From a virus, in IMG/VR virus record IMGVR_UViG_3300040801_002731, positions 6,972 through 70,971 of that record: a DNA stretch of 64,000 bases. One strand, given 5' to 3'. Numbering within the stretch: the first letter of the stretch is position 1; each line of letters begins with the position of its first letter. The notes under the pieces are model-generated. The model was not told the DNA's origin. It saw only the letters and a list, made by a program, of their open reading frames with translations, and did no database searches. Of the stretch, positions 44,723 to 53,726 are shown piece by piece. The position numbers and the translations under genes were made by a program.

Positions 44723-45466
44723 TCAAGCCGCCAACTTGGCCCGCTCGATCTCGTCGTCGCCGAAGCGAGCGCGCGCAATCTCCCCGCGGATCACCGGATC
44801 GACCCAAAGATGTCTGTGCAGAAGATAGGCGCGCGTGCCAGGAGTGCGTCGGGCGATCTGGGTGCAGACCCAGCTTTCGTGTGCGATCTGTGCCGGCGTG
44901 CCCTGCCACTGACCAATCCGATAGCGCGGGTCGTTGGCGATGAGGAACTTGCCGGCGGTCAGCTCGTCCCAGCCGGCCTGCACCGCCTCGATGATCTCAT
45001 CGGAATAGAGCTGGCTCGGTCGCGGCAGATACTTCCGCGACCAGCTCATCGCCTTCGTCATCGCCAGCTCAATGTAGGTCTCATAAGGGATACCCATCGC
45101 ATCCGCGACCTGACGACCACGCCAGCAGGCCGCGACCGTGTTGTTGAGCGACCGACGCGCCTTTTCGTTGGCGCCTTCAGGCAGCTCGAAGATGTCGTCG
45201 GCCTTGATGCCTGCGACGTAGCCGGCCGAGCGATGATCCATGTGTCGCCGCCAGATCGTGCGATACACACTTTTATAGCAATGCGCGTAATACGACGTGG
45301 CGAGGGTGGGGTGCATAAAGCGGTAATCCCACCACTTGTGCTGGAACAGGGTGCGCTCGGGCTCCAGGCGCTCGCGTGGGATGCGTGTGAACATCACACG
45401 ATCGAGCGCCATCGGCGGCCGGTGCGCGCCGGGAAAGGTGCCGAGAATTTCCAGTTCCTGATACAT
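44723..45466 (-). CDS. Conserved-type phage protein
   Basis: KWWDYRFMHP...WRGRQVADAMG..Y...LPRPSQL. Confidence 0.75.
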   Translation of the reverse strand: MYQELEILGTFPGAHRPPMALDRVMFTRIPRERLEPERTLFQHKWWDYRFMHPTLATSYYAHCYKSVYRTIWRRHMDHRSAGYVAGIKADDIFELPEGANEKARRSLNNTVAACWRGRQVADAMGIPYETYIELAMTKAMSWSRKYLPRPSQLYSDEIIEAVQAGWDELTAGKFLIANDPRYRIGQWQGTPAQIAHESWVCTQIARRTPGTRAYLLHRHLWVDPVIRGEIARARFGDDEIERAKLAA

Positions 45467-45483
45467 CGAGACTCCAGACCGGT

Positions 45484-46359
45484 TTAGCCGGCCTTGAGCA
45501 TCCGCATCAGACCGGCGTTGTCGCTTTCGCTTTCATTGACGATATAGCGCTCAGACGTTGGCGCTGCGCTTTGAGGTGCCGGGTTTCGATAGGCGAGAAT
45601 GACCGCCTTACACATGCCGGAGCGCACGATGTCCTCCGGGCTGAACTCAACAGCGCCAACGCCCGGCACATCACGCATCCGACGCCAGGCGTCCAGCAGC
45701 CCGGACAGGTCCTGTCTCGGCAGGTCACACTGCTCAGGGTCGCCGTTCAGGACCATCTTGCAGTTCTCGCCGAAGCGAGAGAGCAGCAGCTTGTGCTGGG
45801 CGACGGTGGCGTTCTGCATTTCGTCGGCGATGACCCAGCAGTTGCTGAAGGTCTCGCCGCGGATGAACTCAAGGGGCGCTACCTGAATCCGACCATGCTC
45901 GATCAGGTAGTTGGCGTGTCCGGTGCCGAGGAACTGCTCCAGGGCCGCACGCACCGGTCGGAAGTAGTTGGCGAACTTCTCCTCCAGGGTGCCCGGCAGG
46001 TAGCCCATGCTCTGACCGGACTCGATGGCCGGGCGGGTGCAGACGATACGCTCGATCTCGCCGGCTTCAAAAGCCCGACAGGCACGGGCCACGCTCCACC
46101 AGGTCTTGCCGGTGCCGGCCACGCCCAGTCCGAAGACGAGATCCTTGGTGGTGATCAGTTGGTCATAAAGGGCCTGGTTTGCCGTGCGAGGCTTCAGGGT
46201 TTTGGGATCCAGGCGGGTCGGCGCCCGACGTGTCTGCTCCCGTGCCTCGCGCTCGGCAACAAGCTCAATAAGGGGCATGTTGTTCTTTCTCTCCAGTCGC
46301 GCAGCCTTGCGTTGTTCCCGTGTCTCGGCCTTGGTGGGGCGATTGATCCTGCGAGCCAT
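45484..46359 (-). CDS. phoH: PhoH-like ATPase
   Basis: GVAGTGKT, MGYLPGTLEEK, FIRGETF, DEMQN, GDPEQCD, IVRS. Confidence 0.93.
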   Translation of the reverse strand: MARRINRPTKAETREQRKAARLERKNNMPLIELVAEREAREQTRRAPTRLDPKTLKPRTANQALYDQLITTKDLVFGLGVAGTGKTWWSVARACRAFEAGEIERIVCTRPAIESGQSMGYLPGTLEEKFANYFRPVRAALEQFLGTGHANYLIEHGRIQVAPLEFIRGETFSNCWVIADEMQNATVAQHKLLLSRFGENCKMVLNGDPEQCDLPRQDLSGLLDAWRRMRDVPGVGAVEFSPEDIVRSGMCKAVILAYRNPAPQSAAPTSERYIVNESESDNAGLMRMLKAG

Positions 46360-46455
46360 GTCTTGTCCCTTGAAGACAGGTTTGGTCCTGGGCTCTTATT
46401 TTAACAGATCAACGATTATTGATCCCATATTGACTTTACAAAACCTCCGTGCGTG

Positions 46456-46486
46456 AAAAAAAAGGCGGCGCAACAAGTGCGCCGCC
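46456..46486 (-). terminator. Intrinsic terminator
   Basis: GGCGGCGCA-N5-TGCGCCGCC followed by T8 on the minus strand. Confidence 0.85.
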
Positions 46487-46528
46487 ACACGGAGGTTCAA
46501 GCTGAGAGGAAAAGGAAGCCGCAACCCA

Positions 46529-46546
46529 TCAATCAATCTTGATCTA
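46529..46546. promoter_or_regulatory. Operator copy 16
   Basis: TCAATCA-ATCT-TGATCTA. Confidence 0.65.
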
Positions 46547-46560
46547 CCTTCCGAGCGATG

Positions 46561-47682
46561 TCAAGCGGCGAGTGCAGATCCGGCAGCGGAGCGCAGCATG
46601 TCGAGATGGCGCAGGCCGTCCCGCATGTCCTCGAAGAACAGGGTGCGCCGGCCGGCGGGGTCATGCACCACCATCGGCACCAGGAACGGTGTGTTCTCCC
46701 GGAAGCCTTCCTGCCGGGCATAGCCGTCGATCAGCTTGTAAGCGCCAAGCTGGACACCCCGGACGGTCCGGCTTTCGCCGGCCCACTTCTTCTGAATCGA
46801 CAGATGCCCGGCGGTGTGAATGTGACCACCCCAGAAGACATCCTCGCCCTGCCAGTTCTCCAGCATGTCCACCAGGATGCCGTGAACCTGGTTGTATTTC
46901 GAGTGTCCGCGATACTTGTGCCGAACCTTGTGCAGCCACGATGTGCCGTCCGGGGAGATCAGCTCGACGCGGATTTCGTCGGTGTCGTAGATCGGCCCCA
47001 GGCCGGCGTCTTCAAACATCCGCTTGAGCACGTCGACGCCGCCCAGAGACTTGCTCCAGTCCATGTGATTGCCGCTGATCGCCGCCACCAGCTTCGGCAT
47101 CAGGGTTGCCACATAATGCTCCAGCAGACGCCAGGAATCGTCATGGCTCATGATGTCGCCGCGGCGCTCGCGCTCCAGGCGGCCGACGATGAAGTTGTCC
47201 AGCCAGTCTCCAACCGCCACGGCGTAGAGCGCCGGGTGTTGGGCGATCAGATCGGCGTCCTGAAAGACACGGCGCAGGTGTGTGCCCGGATTGTTCAGAT
47301 GATTGTCCGGCAGACCAACGACGCCAAAGGGGCCGGGCGTCTTGATCCGCACCTGAACCACATTGCGCGCCCGATGCCAGTCAGCAAGACGGTCGTTCGC
47401 CTGACAGGCTCGCTCAATCAGCGTTTCGATGGGCTCGTCCGGGTCCGGCAGCGACGTCGCAATGTCCCGGAACTGCTCGCCAACCGGGCGTGTCAGATTG
47501 GCCCTTGAGACCAGCTCGGGGATGCTGCCATCGCCTCGTCGCAGCCGGCGAATGATGGCGGCCTGGTTCTTGACTGTCTTGTGGGCCACGCCAAGCTCGC
47601 GCGCGACGTCGCTGAGGGTCGGGTAGGCCGCGACGTCATTGTAGACCTTGGCGAATCTCGTGATCGTGTCCGGCGTCATCAT
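46561..47682 (-). CDS. HTH plus calcineurin-like metallophosphoesterase
   Basis: N-terminal TLSDVARELGVAHKTV HTH; DNH, GDWLD, GNH and GHIH motifs. Confidence 0.82.
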   Translation of the reverse strand: MMTPDTITRFAKVYNDVAAYPTLSDVARELGVAHKTVKNQAAIIRRLRRGDGSIPELVSRANLTRPVGEQFRDIATSLPDPDEPIETLIERACQANDRLADWHRARNVVQVRIKTPGPFGVVGLPDNHLNNPGTHLRRVFQDADLIAQHPALYAVAVGDWLDNFIVGRLERERRGDIMSHDDSWRLLEHYVATLMPKLVAAISGNHMDWSKSLGGVDVLKRMFEDAGLGPIYDTDEIRVELISPDGTSWLHKVRHKYRGHSKYNQVHGILVDMLENWQGEDVFWGGHIHTAGHLSIQKKWAGESRTVRGVQLGAYKLIDGYARQEGFRENTPFLVPMVVHDPAGRRTLFFEDMRDGLRHLDMLRSAAGSALAA

Positions 47683-47791
47683 TTCCAAGTCCGCGCTCTG
47701 TTATATATAATATATAATAAATAATACTCTTAGAGATTCTTCTCTTAAAACCTATAGAGAATAACTCTAAGAGCGAGACGGCGCCGGCTCG

Positions 47792-48076
47792 TCATTCCAA
47801 GCTCCTGTAATAACGGAGAAGATTGTTGGCTTCTTCCATCCAAAGCAACACTCCGGTCTTGTTCCGCAACATCTTCTCCGCTTCCTCTGCCGACAGGCAA
47901 AACTCTCCGGTCTCGGAGACCGTGAACGCTTCGTCCTCCAGCGTCAGCGGAGCTGGCAGCGGAGGATGAACGATGGCCGGTCTGGGGTCGTCAATGACCA
48001 CCGGCCTGTTCGAGCAGCCGGTTGATGTCGCGATTGGCAGCATCAAGGCGAGCAGCAGCCCCTTTTGGATCCGCAT
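47792..48076 (-). CDS. o-spanin (Rz1-like lipoprotein)
   Basis: Lipobox STG-C, Pro-rich; overlaps the i-spanin 3' end. Confidence 0.78.
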   Translation of the reverse strand: MRIQKGLLLALMLPIATSTGCSNRPVVIDDPRPAIVHPPLPAPLTLEDEAFTVSETGEFCLSAEEAEKMLRNKTGVLLWMEEANNLLRYYRSLE

Positions 48077-48437
48077 GAACGTGCTTCTCCAGATCGAGAG
48101 TGTTGATGGCGTGGGTCAGTTCAGCGATGCGCGCTCGGCTGATCTTGTTGGCGAGCATCAGATCGCTCAGCCGGTCGGCCGCCGCCTGATATTCCGTCTT
48201 CCAGTGCTCGACGCGCGCTTCTGCTTCGATGCGCGCGCTTCGTTCGACGTGGAGCGCGCTCTCAGCGTCACTCAGAGCGTCCCTGATGCGTGCCACATAC
48301 ATGATCGCAACGACGACAGCGACGACAGCGAGAAGCGCACCAGCGAGCTTTAAAAAGCGTTTTCCGGTCACGGCCGAGGTCAGTGCCGACACCGCAAACC
48401 GGCCGATCTGCCACGCGCGAAACAAGGCAACTGTCAT
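47991..48437 (-). CDS. i-spanin (Rz-like)
   Basis: N-terminal TM segment followed by a coiled coil; within the lysis cassette. Confidence 0.75.
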   Translation of the reverse strand: MTVALFRAWQIGRFAVSALTSAVTGKRFLKLAGALLAVVAVVVAIMYVARIRDALSDAESALHVERSARIEAEARVEHWKTEYQAAADRLSDLMLANKISRARIAELTHAINTLDLEKHVHADPKGAAARLDAANRDINRLLEQAGGH

Positions 48438-48679
48438 CGGTGGTCCCTCCCCAGGGCGCGCCGATGGTTCTGGTCATCCCAAACTGCGCCGAAGACGTAG
48501 CTGCCGATGATGGCGCCGGCCGACCAAAAGGCGTTGGTGATCACCACCTCGGCAATGCTCTCGCTGTCCTGCCAGATCATGGAGTGGACGATCACGCCGG
48601 CGCAGAACAGCAGCGACAGAGCGACGATGCGCCGGCGGATCGTCCACGGCGCCGGCGGCATACCGGCGATTTCCGTCAC
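48434..48679 (-). CDS. Holin candidate
   Basis: Two TM segments, charged C-terminus; between endolysin and spanins. Confidence 0.7.
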   Translation of the reverse strand: MTEIAGMPPAPWTIRRRIVALSLLFCAGVIVHSMIWQDSESIAEVVITNAFWSAGAIIGSYVFGAVWDDQNHRRALGRDHR

Positions 48680-49239
48680 AGCAGGTAGCTCCGGGCACGC
48701 CGGGTCCAGCCGTTCAGATACTTTCGGCTGGCCGGACGGCGATGCGCGATCCCCTTCAGGTAATCGAGGCGGGTCAGCACCAGATCGTTGTTGACCTTGA
48801 CGACGCCAAAGCGCTCGATGGCGCCTTTGACGGCGCGCAGCGTGTTGGGGCCGATCTTTCCGTCCATCGTGATCGGATGGCCGAGCAGACAGACGACACG
48901 CTGGAGAGACTTCACGGCTCGAACCGGGCCGCTGTTGACACCGAAGTCGGTCATCTGCGGCTGCAACAGCTCGGGCAGCTCGTCAAACCGAGGCGTTAGG
49001 TAAAAATCCTGGTAGAAGGCATCAAAGGCGATCTCGGGCGTCACGCGCCGGATGTCGTCGATATCCACGTCGCCGTCACCGTCCAGGTCGAACATCAGGC
49101 CGCGGCTCTTGGCATATCGAAGCGAAACGCCGTGCTTGGTCGCGCCGCCGGGGTCGTCCGGGTCGTTGACGAACCCACCTTCGGTCTCGATGATCTCGTT
49201 GATAATATCCTGAATGGCTTCAGATGGCGTTTGGTTCAT
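48676..49239 (-). CDS. Endolysin, glycosyl hydrolase family 108 with PG-binding domain
   Basis: EGGFVNDPDDPGGATKHG, DFGVNSG, DGKIGPNTL, YLNGW. Confidence 0.92.
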   Translation of the reverse strand: MNQTPSEAIQDIINEIIETEGGFVNDPDDPGGATKHGVSLRYAKSRGLMFDLDGDGDVDIDDIRRVTPEIAFDAFYQDFYLTPRFDELPELLQPQMTDFGVNSGPVRAVKSLQRVVCLLGHPITMDGKIGPNTLRAVKGAIERFGVVKVNNDLVLTRLDYLKGIAHRRPASRKYLNGWTRRARSYLL

Positions 49240-49607
49240 TGGTGGCCGCCCCATTGACTAAAGAGCCATGTAGCCAGGCCGGAAATCGCCGCGCTGACGA
49301 GCATAAGCACCGTCGCTTTTGAGGCGTCCAGCTTGGCAATCGTCACGTTTTGGTCATTGCTGAGGTCGCCGATCTTCTGAAGATCATCGCGGATGCCGGC
49401 GAGTTCCGCGCGCAGCAGGTCGATTTCGCGGTCCTGGCGGTCCAGCTCGCTCTTGAGCCTCACTTCAAGAACCAGGATCCGCTCGCGGTTCTCGGTCAGT
49501 CGCTCGACAGCGACCGTGACTCGCTCCAGCCATTTCTCGATCTGGCCGATGCGCGAGTTCACCTCAGCACGGAAGTTGGCGATATCTTCAACAGGCGGAG
49601 TGCTCAT
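49236..49607 (-). CDS. Coiled-coil protein with C-terminal TM (XhlA-like, lysis-associated)
   Basis: Heptads then a hydrophobic C-terminal helix; ATGA-coupled to the endolysin. Confidence 0.7.
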   Translation of the reverse strand: MSTPPVEDIANFRAEVNSRIGQIEKWLERVTVAVERLTENRERILVLEVRLKSELDRQDREIDLLRAELAGIRDDLQKIGDLSNDQNVTIAKLDASKATVLMLVSAAISGLATWLFSQWGGHQ

Positions 49608-49620
49608 AGCGTCGCAAAGA

Positions 49621-49638
49621 TCAATCAAAGTTGATTGA
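49621..49638. promoter_or_regulatory. Operator copy 17 (perfect consensus) upstream of the lysis cassette
   Basis: TCAATCA-AAGT-TGATTGA; TCTATA box at 49640-49645. Confidence 0.82.
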
Positions 49639-50092
49639 TTATAGACCGGACGGGTCTGTCATTCCAGGCGCTTTTGCGCAGCATTGGGCTCATCAAAAGG
49701 TCGCGCGGCGTGATTCGTGACAAACCCTCGGATCGCAACAGCGGAAACCCGGCGTTCTCGAAAGCCCAAGCGACCAGCTCAGAGCAGAACCAGGCGTGCG
49801 GATCCTGCCAGTCGCGCCGAAGCGCCCAGCCCATGATGCCGGGCCAGTCATAGGGTCGCCCAATCTGCGACAGCATTCGTTCGATCACTGGGCCTGCGGG
49901 CACCTGCACATGGTAGAACTCGACGCGGCCCGCCTGATCCGGCACGCGCATCACGACGCCACGCTTCGGAATGGCGCCGATCAGGGAGCCGTCCGTCAGC
50001 ACCACATCGACATGACTGGCCCAAGACCAGGTGGCCCACTGGACCACCCGGCCGGTTAGATCATCGAGGGTCGAGAACCGCAGCGTGATCAT
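49625..50092 (-). CDS. Permuted papain-like (YiiX/NlpC-P60-related) amidase
   Basis: WASHV, IGRPYD, WFCSELVA, ITP; start ATG 50092. Confidence 0.8.
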   Translation of the reverse strand: MITLRFSTLDDLTGRVVQWATWSWASHVDVVLTDGSLIGAIPKRGVVMRVPDQAGRVEFYHVQVPAGPVIERMLSQIGRPYDWPGIMGWALRRDWQDPHAWFCSELVAWAFENAGFPLLRSEGLSRITPRDLLMSPMLRKSAWNDRPVRSIINQL

Positions 50093-50103
50093 GGGAGGCT
50101 GCC

Positions 50104-50637
50104 TCAGACCGTATCCGGCCAGCCGCCATTGGAGGCCGGGTCGTAGGCGTTGATGGCGTCGATCTTCTCGTTCTCGGTCAGCGCCGGATCCTCGAAGATG
50201 GCCTTGACCGCCAGCTTGTGCTGACGGGTCGCCTGATGCCAGTCGTCGACCCATGCCGCCGCCAGATCGGTCATGGCGCGGGCCTGATCCGGCGTCAGGG
50301 TGTAGTCAATGTCCGAGGCGGACGTGAAAACGATGGCTGGATCGTTGATGCCGGCCGCCGTGTAGCGATCCGCCATCATGGCAAGACCGAGCAGATTGGT
50401 GCGATCTTCCTGACGGCGCAGGTCGATGCGGTCCTGGGTGCCGAGAGGCGTCGTCCAGGGCGCGCCGGCGTTGATGCCGGCGTCCCGGATCTTGGAGAAC
50501 TCGTCGCGCCGGCGCTGATAGGCGGCTTCCGCCGTGCCGCGCCAGAACGCCTGGACCTCGGCCAACGTGGCGGGAGCAAACGCCACTTCTTCAACGGTCG
50601 GCGTTTCAGCATCAAGTCGAAGCGTGACTTCCTGCAT
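50104..50637 (-). CDS. DUF4376-like tail fibre-associated protein
   Basis: RRDE..I..G...DRTNL...FTSASDIDYTLT..Q; follows the fibre gene. Confidence 0.7.
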   Translation of the reverse strand: MQEVTLRLDAETPTVEEVAFAPATLAEVQAFWRGTAEAAYQRRRDEFSKIRDAGINAGAPWTTPLGTQDRIDLRRQEDRTNLLGLAMMADRYTAAGINDPAIVFTSASDIDYTLTPDQARAMTDLAAAWVDDWHQATRQHKLAVKAIFEDPALTENEKIDAINAYDPASNGGWPDTV

Positions 50638-50638
50638 A

Positions 50639-53600
50639 TCAGATCCTCAACCCGTAAATGGCGACATTGCCGGAAGCAATCGTGCCGGACCCCATGATCA
50701 AACGCACAGCGTTTACTGGCGATTGTGTGACGCAGTGCGCGGATCCGATCGACAGGCTCTGATTGCCATCGCTGTTCATGTAGCCGCCATTCCAATAGAC
50801 TTGGTTCTTCTTGGCGGTGTTATTTCGCACAATGTGCAGTATTCCGCAGTAGCCGGTTTCGCCAGCCGCTCCGCCCAGGCCCTGCACGGTCATACGCATG
50901 GCGTTGATGGCGGCGTTTGCCGCGATGGAGCCGGCGCCAGCCGAGGTGTAGCTCAAAGCGGTCGACTGGTAATCAGCCGCACCTGACAGATACGTCGTTC
51001 CGTTGTCGGTCGAAAACTGCACGAACAGATGATCGCCGTCGGTGGTGGGCACGAGGTTATGGATAACCCAAACGAACTCGTAATAATTCGTTGCGCCGGT
51101 CATGCTCAGGGCGCCGCTGTTGTTGGCGCTGAGGTTTCCAACCCACACCAACGAGCCCGCGCCAGCCGTCAGCCACTGTGAGCCATTCCAGATCGGCACG
51201 CCCAAGAGAGGAGCGCCGTTCTGCTGCCAGTTGGCAAAGACCGTCGCATCCACGTTCGGCACGTTGCCAAGACCAACATCCGCCTTGGTCACATCCGCCT
51301 TGGCGCGCGCGGCGGTGTAGTAGAGGTTCGCGCTCCCCTCGGCGATGGCGTCGGTGGTCGTGCCGGTGCCCAACTTGGTCGTGCCCAACTCATCAATCGC
51401 CGCCTGTGCGGTCGTGGCGGCCAGCCCGGAGGAGGCGTTGTCGTAGGAAACTTCGGAGGCGCCGTGTCCATGCGATGCCGCAGCAAAAGCACTGGCCTGC
51501 TGGCCGTCCAGAGTGTCGGCGTCCAGGCCCGAACCGGCACCGTCCACGGTCTTGACCGCGGTGAGGATCTCGGAAGCGGTCATATCCGCGGTCGCGCCCG
51601 CCTCAATCCCGTCGAGCTTCGCCTTGTCGGCACCGGTCATGAAACCCGCATCGCCGTTGGCAACGACAGCCGCGTGCGCAGACGCACCGGACCCGACGTG
51701 CGTGGCCGGGGCGAAGGCCGATGCCTGCTGACCGTCAAGGGTGTCCGCATCCAGACCGGAGCTGGGGCCGTCGACCGACTTGATGGCCGTCAGGATCTCG
51801 GTCGGGGTCATGTCGCCGGTGGCGCCAGCTTCAATCCCGTCCAGCTTGGCCTTGTCCGCGCCGCTCAGGAAGCCGGCACTGCCGCTGGCGGTCGCCAGCG
51901 GGTGGGCGCCGGTGCCGGCAGCGCCGACATGGGCCGAGGGGGCGAAATCGCTGGCGTGCTGACCATCAAGCAGATCAGCGTCGAGACCGGACGTGCTGCC
52001 GTCCACGGTCTTGACTGCGGTCAGGATTTCCTCGGGCGTCATGTCGCCCGTGGCCCCGGCTTCGATGCCATCGAGCTTGGTCTTGTCGGCACCGGTCATG
52101 AAACCAGAGGCGCCGCCTGCCACGACATCCGCGTGCGCCGCGCCGCCAGACCCCACATGGGTCGCTGGAGCAAAATCACTGGCCTGCTGACCGTCGAGAA
52201 GATCAGCGTCGAGGCCGGAGTTGGCACCATCGACGCCCTTCAGGTCGGTCAGAATCTGGTTGATCGTCACGTCGCCGGTGCGGCCAGAGACGCTGGTGAC
52301 CTGTTCGGTGTTGTCGAGCTTCTGCCAGCCGTCGGTGCCGCCGTAGATCAGCGCATCACCCACGTTGACGTCGAAATCGGGCAGCGTGCCGGCCACACTG
52401 ATCCGGTAGTAATCGCCGGTCGTTGGCGACGGCGGGTAACTGCCGCCACTGGCATCAAAGAGCCCACGCCAGGTGAGCTGACCGGACGCCGTGGCAATCG
52501 CCTGCTGTGCCCAGTGATATGCCGAGCGCGTGCCTGCGCCGTCCACGTCTTCGTTGACCGGCGCCGAGGACCAGCGCTCGGCCAGAAGGGCGGCATCGGC
52601 GGCATCCGTCGCACTGCCTGCGGCGTTGCTGGCACTGGTGCTGGCGTTGGTCGCGGCCGCTTGGGCGTTGCCGGCACTGGCGCTGGCGTTACCGGCGGCC
52701 GTCTGGGCGTCATTCCGCGCGGTAATAGCCTCGTCCCGCGCCGAGATCGCAGCATCGCGCGCCGAAGCTGCGGTCTGCTCGCTGCTCAGGGCGTTGGTAG
52801 CCGACGCGCCGGCCTTGTTCGCGTGGTGTAGAGCCGAGAAGTGATCGGACCCGTCGTTCATCACCACGATATCTTCGGGCTGCTCGGCCCACTGCTGCGC
52901 CGCCGTTGCCGAGGTAGCAGCATTGCTCTCGGCCGTCTGAGCCGCGAGCTTGGCGGTGTTGGCATCGCTGGCGCTGCCCGAGGCTGCCGTCGCGCTGTTG
53001 TCAGCGTTGGTGGCCGCCGTCTGCGCCTGATCACGATAGCCAAGCGTCACGTCGCGGGCGGTGATCGCTGCGTCCCGAGCGCTTTCGGCGTTGGTGACGG
53101 CCGTTTCCGCCGCGTTCTTGTGGGTCAGAGCATCGCTGGCGCTGCCGGCCGCGTTCGTTTCCGCACTCTGAGCGGCATTGCGGGCCGTCACAGCAGCATC
53201 GCGAGCGCTCTCTGCGCCGGTCTTTGCCAGATTGGCGGCACTGGCATAGCCGCTGGCCTCAAGCGCGGAGTCCGCCGCAGCCTGGGCGCTGTTGGCCGCA
53301 TCGGTGGCGCCCGTGCCCATTGCAGCCAGACTGTCGGCAGCCGACTGAGCGCTTGCCGCGGCATCGGTCGCGCTCCCTGCCGCCGCTGTGGCCGACGCCT
53401 GGGCGTTCTGGGCATAGACGAAGGCGTCCGAGACGCTGATGCCGGCGTCGTTCATCTCCAGGAAGGAGATGGCGAGCTTGGCCCCATCACCAACAGCCAC
53501 AAGCTGGTCATCAGCCTCCATGAAGAACTTCTCGGAGACCTTGGTCTGCTCGTTCTCGATGATGAACAGCTCGGAGCCATCAACCTTCACGATCTTCACC

Positions 53601-53722
53601 GTGCCGGTCGCGCCGGTGACCTGCACAACAGCCAGCACAGTGCGGGAACCGCCCGGTGTCGTGTAGAGCGTCTGTTCAGTGGCGGTCAGGGTAGCGCCAA
53701 GACTTTTCAGATTTTCAGCCAT
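50639..53722 (-). CDS. Tail fibre protein 2 (Ala-rich shaft, GLDADxLDG repeats, distal receptor-binding domain)
   Basis: Ala/Ser/Thr-rich repeats, SVSGRTGDV motif, repeated 76-77 aa modules. Confidence 0.85.
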   Translation of the reverse strand: MAENLKSLGATLTATEQTLYTTPGGSRTVLAVVQVTGATGTVKIVKVDGSELFIIENEQTKVSEKFFMEADDQLVAVGDGAKLAISFLEMNDAGISVSDAFVYAQNAQASATAAAGSATDAAASAQSAADSLAAMGTGATDAANSAQAAADSALEASGYASAANLAKTGAESARDAAVTARNAAQSAETNAAGSASDALTHKNAAETAVTNAESARDAAITARDVTLGYRDQAQTAATNADNSATAASGSASDANTAKLAAQTAESNAATSATAAQQWAEQPEDIVVMNDGSDHFSALHHANKAGASATNALSSEQTAASARDAAISARDEAITARNDAQTAAGNASASAGNAQAAATNASTSASNAAGSATDAADAALLAERWSSAPVNEDVDGAGTRSAYHWAQQAIATASGQLTWRGLFDASGGSYPPSPTTGDYYRISVAGTLPDFDVNVGDALIYGGTDGWQKLDNTEQVTSVSGRTGDVTINQILTDLKGVDGANSGLDADLLDGQQASDFAPATHVGSGGAAHADVVAGGASGFMTGADKTKLDGIEAGATGDMTPEEILTAVKTVDGSTSGLDADLLDGQHASDFAPSAHVGAAGTGAHPLATASGSAGFLSGADKAKLDGIEAGATGDMTPTEILTAIKSVDGPSSGLDADTLDGQQASAFAPATHVGSGASAHAAVVANGDAGFMTGADKAKLDGIEAGATADMTASEILTAVKTVDGAGSGLDADTLDGQQASAFAAASHGHGASEVSYDNASSGLAATTAQAAIDELGTTKLGTGTTTDAIAEGSANLYYTAARAKADVTKADVGLGNVPNVDATVFANWQQNGAPLLGVPIWNGSQWLTAGAGSLVWVGNLSANNSGALSMTGATNYYEFVWVIHNLVPTTDGDHLFVQFSTDNGTTYLSGAADYQSTALSYTSAGAGSIAANAAINAMRMTVQGLGGAAGETGYCGILHIVRNNTAKKNQVYWNGGYMNSDGNQSLSIGSAHCVTQSPVNAVRLIMGSGTIASGNVAIYGLRI
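51485..52219 (-). repeat. Three ~76-aa internal repeats plus the start of a fourth
   Basis: SGLDAD starts at 52219, 51991, 51760 and 51532 (periods 228, 231, 228 nt). Confidence 0.85.
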
Positions 53723-53726
53723 GCGT

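Noticed and set aside
2881-49628. Many ORF-track entries beginning MIDL/MIEP/MIQR at TTG/CTG codons
   Set aside because: These starts come from the TTGATTGA operator half-site or similar junction sequence, not from real initiation sites. Starts were moved to RBS-supported codons.
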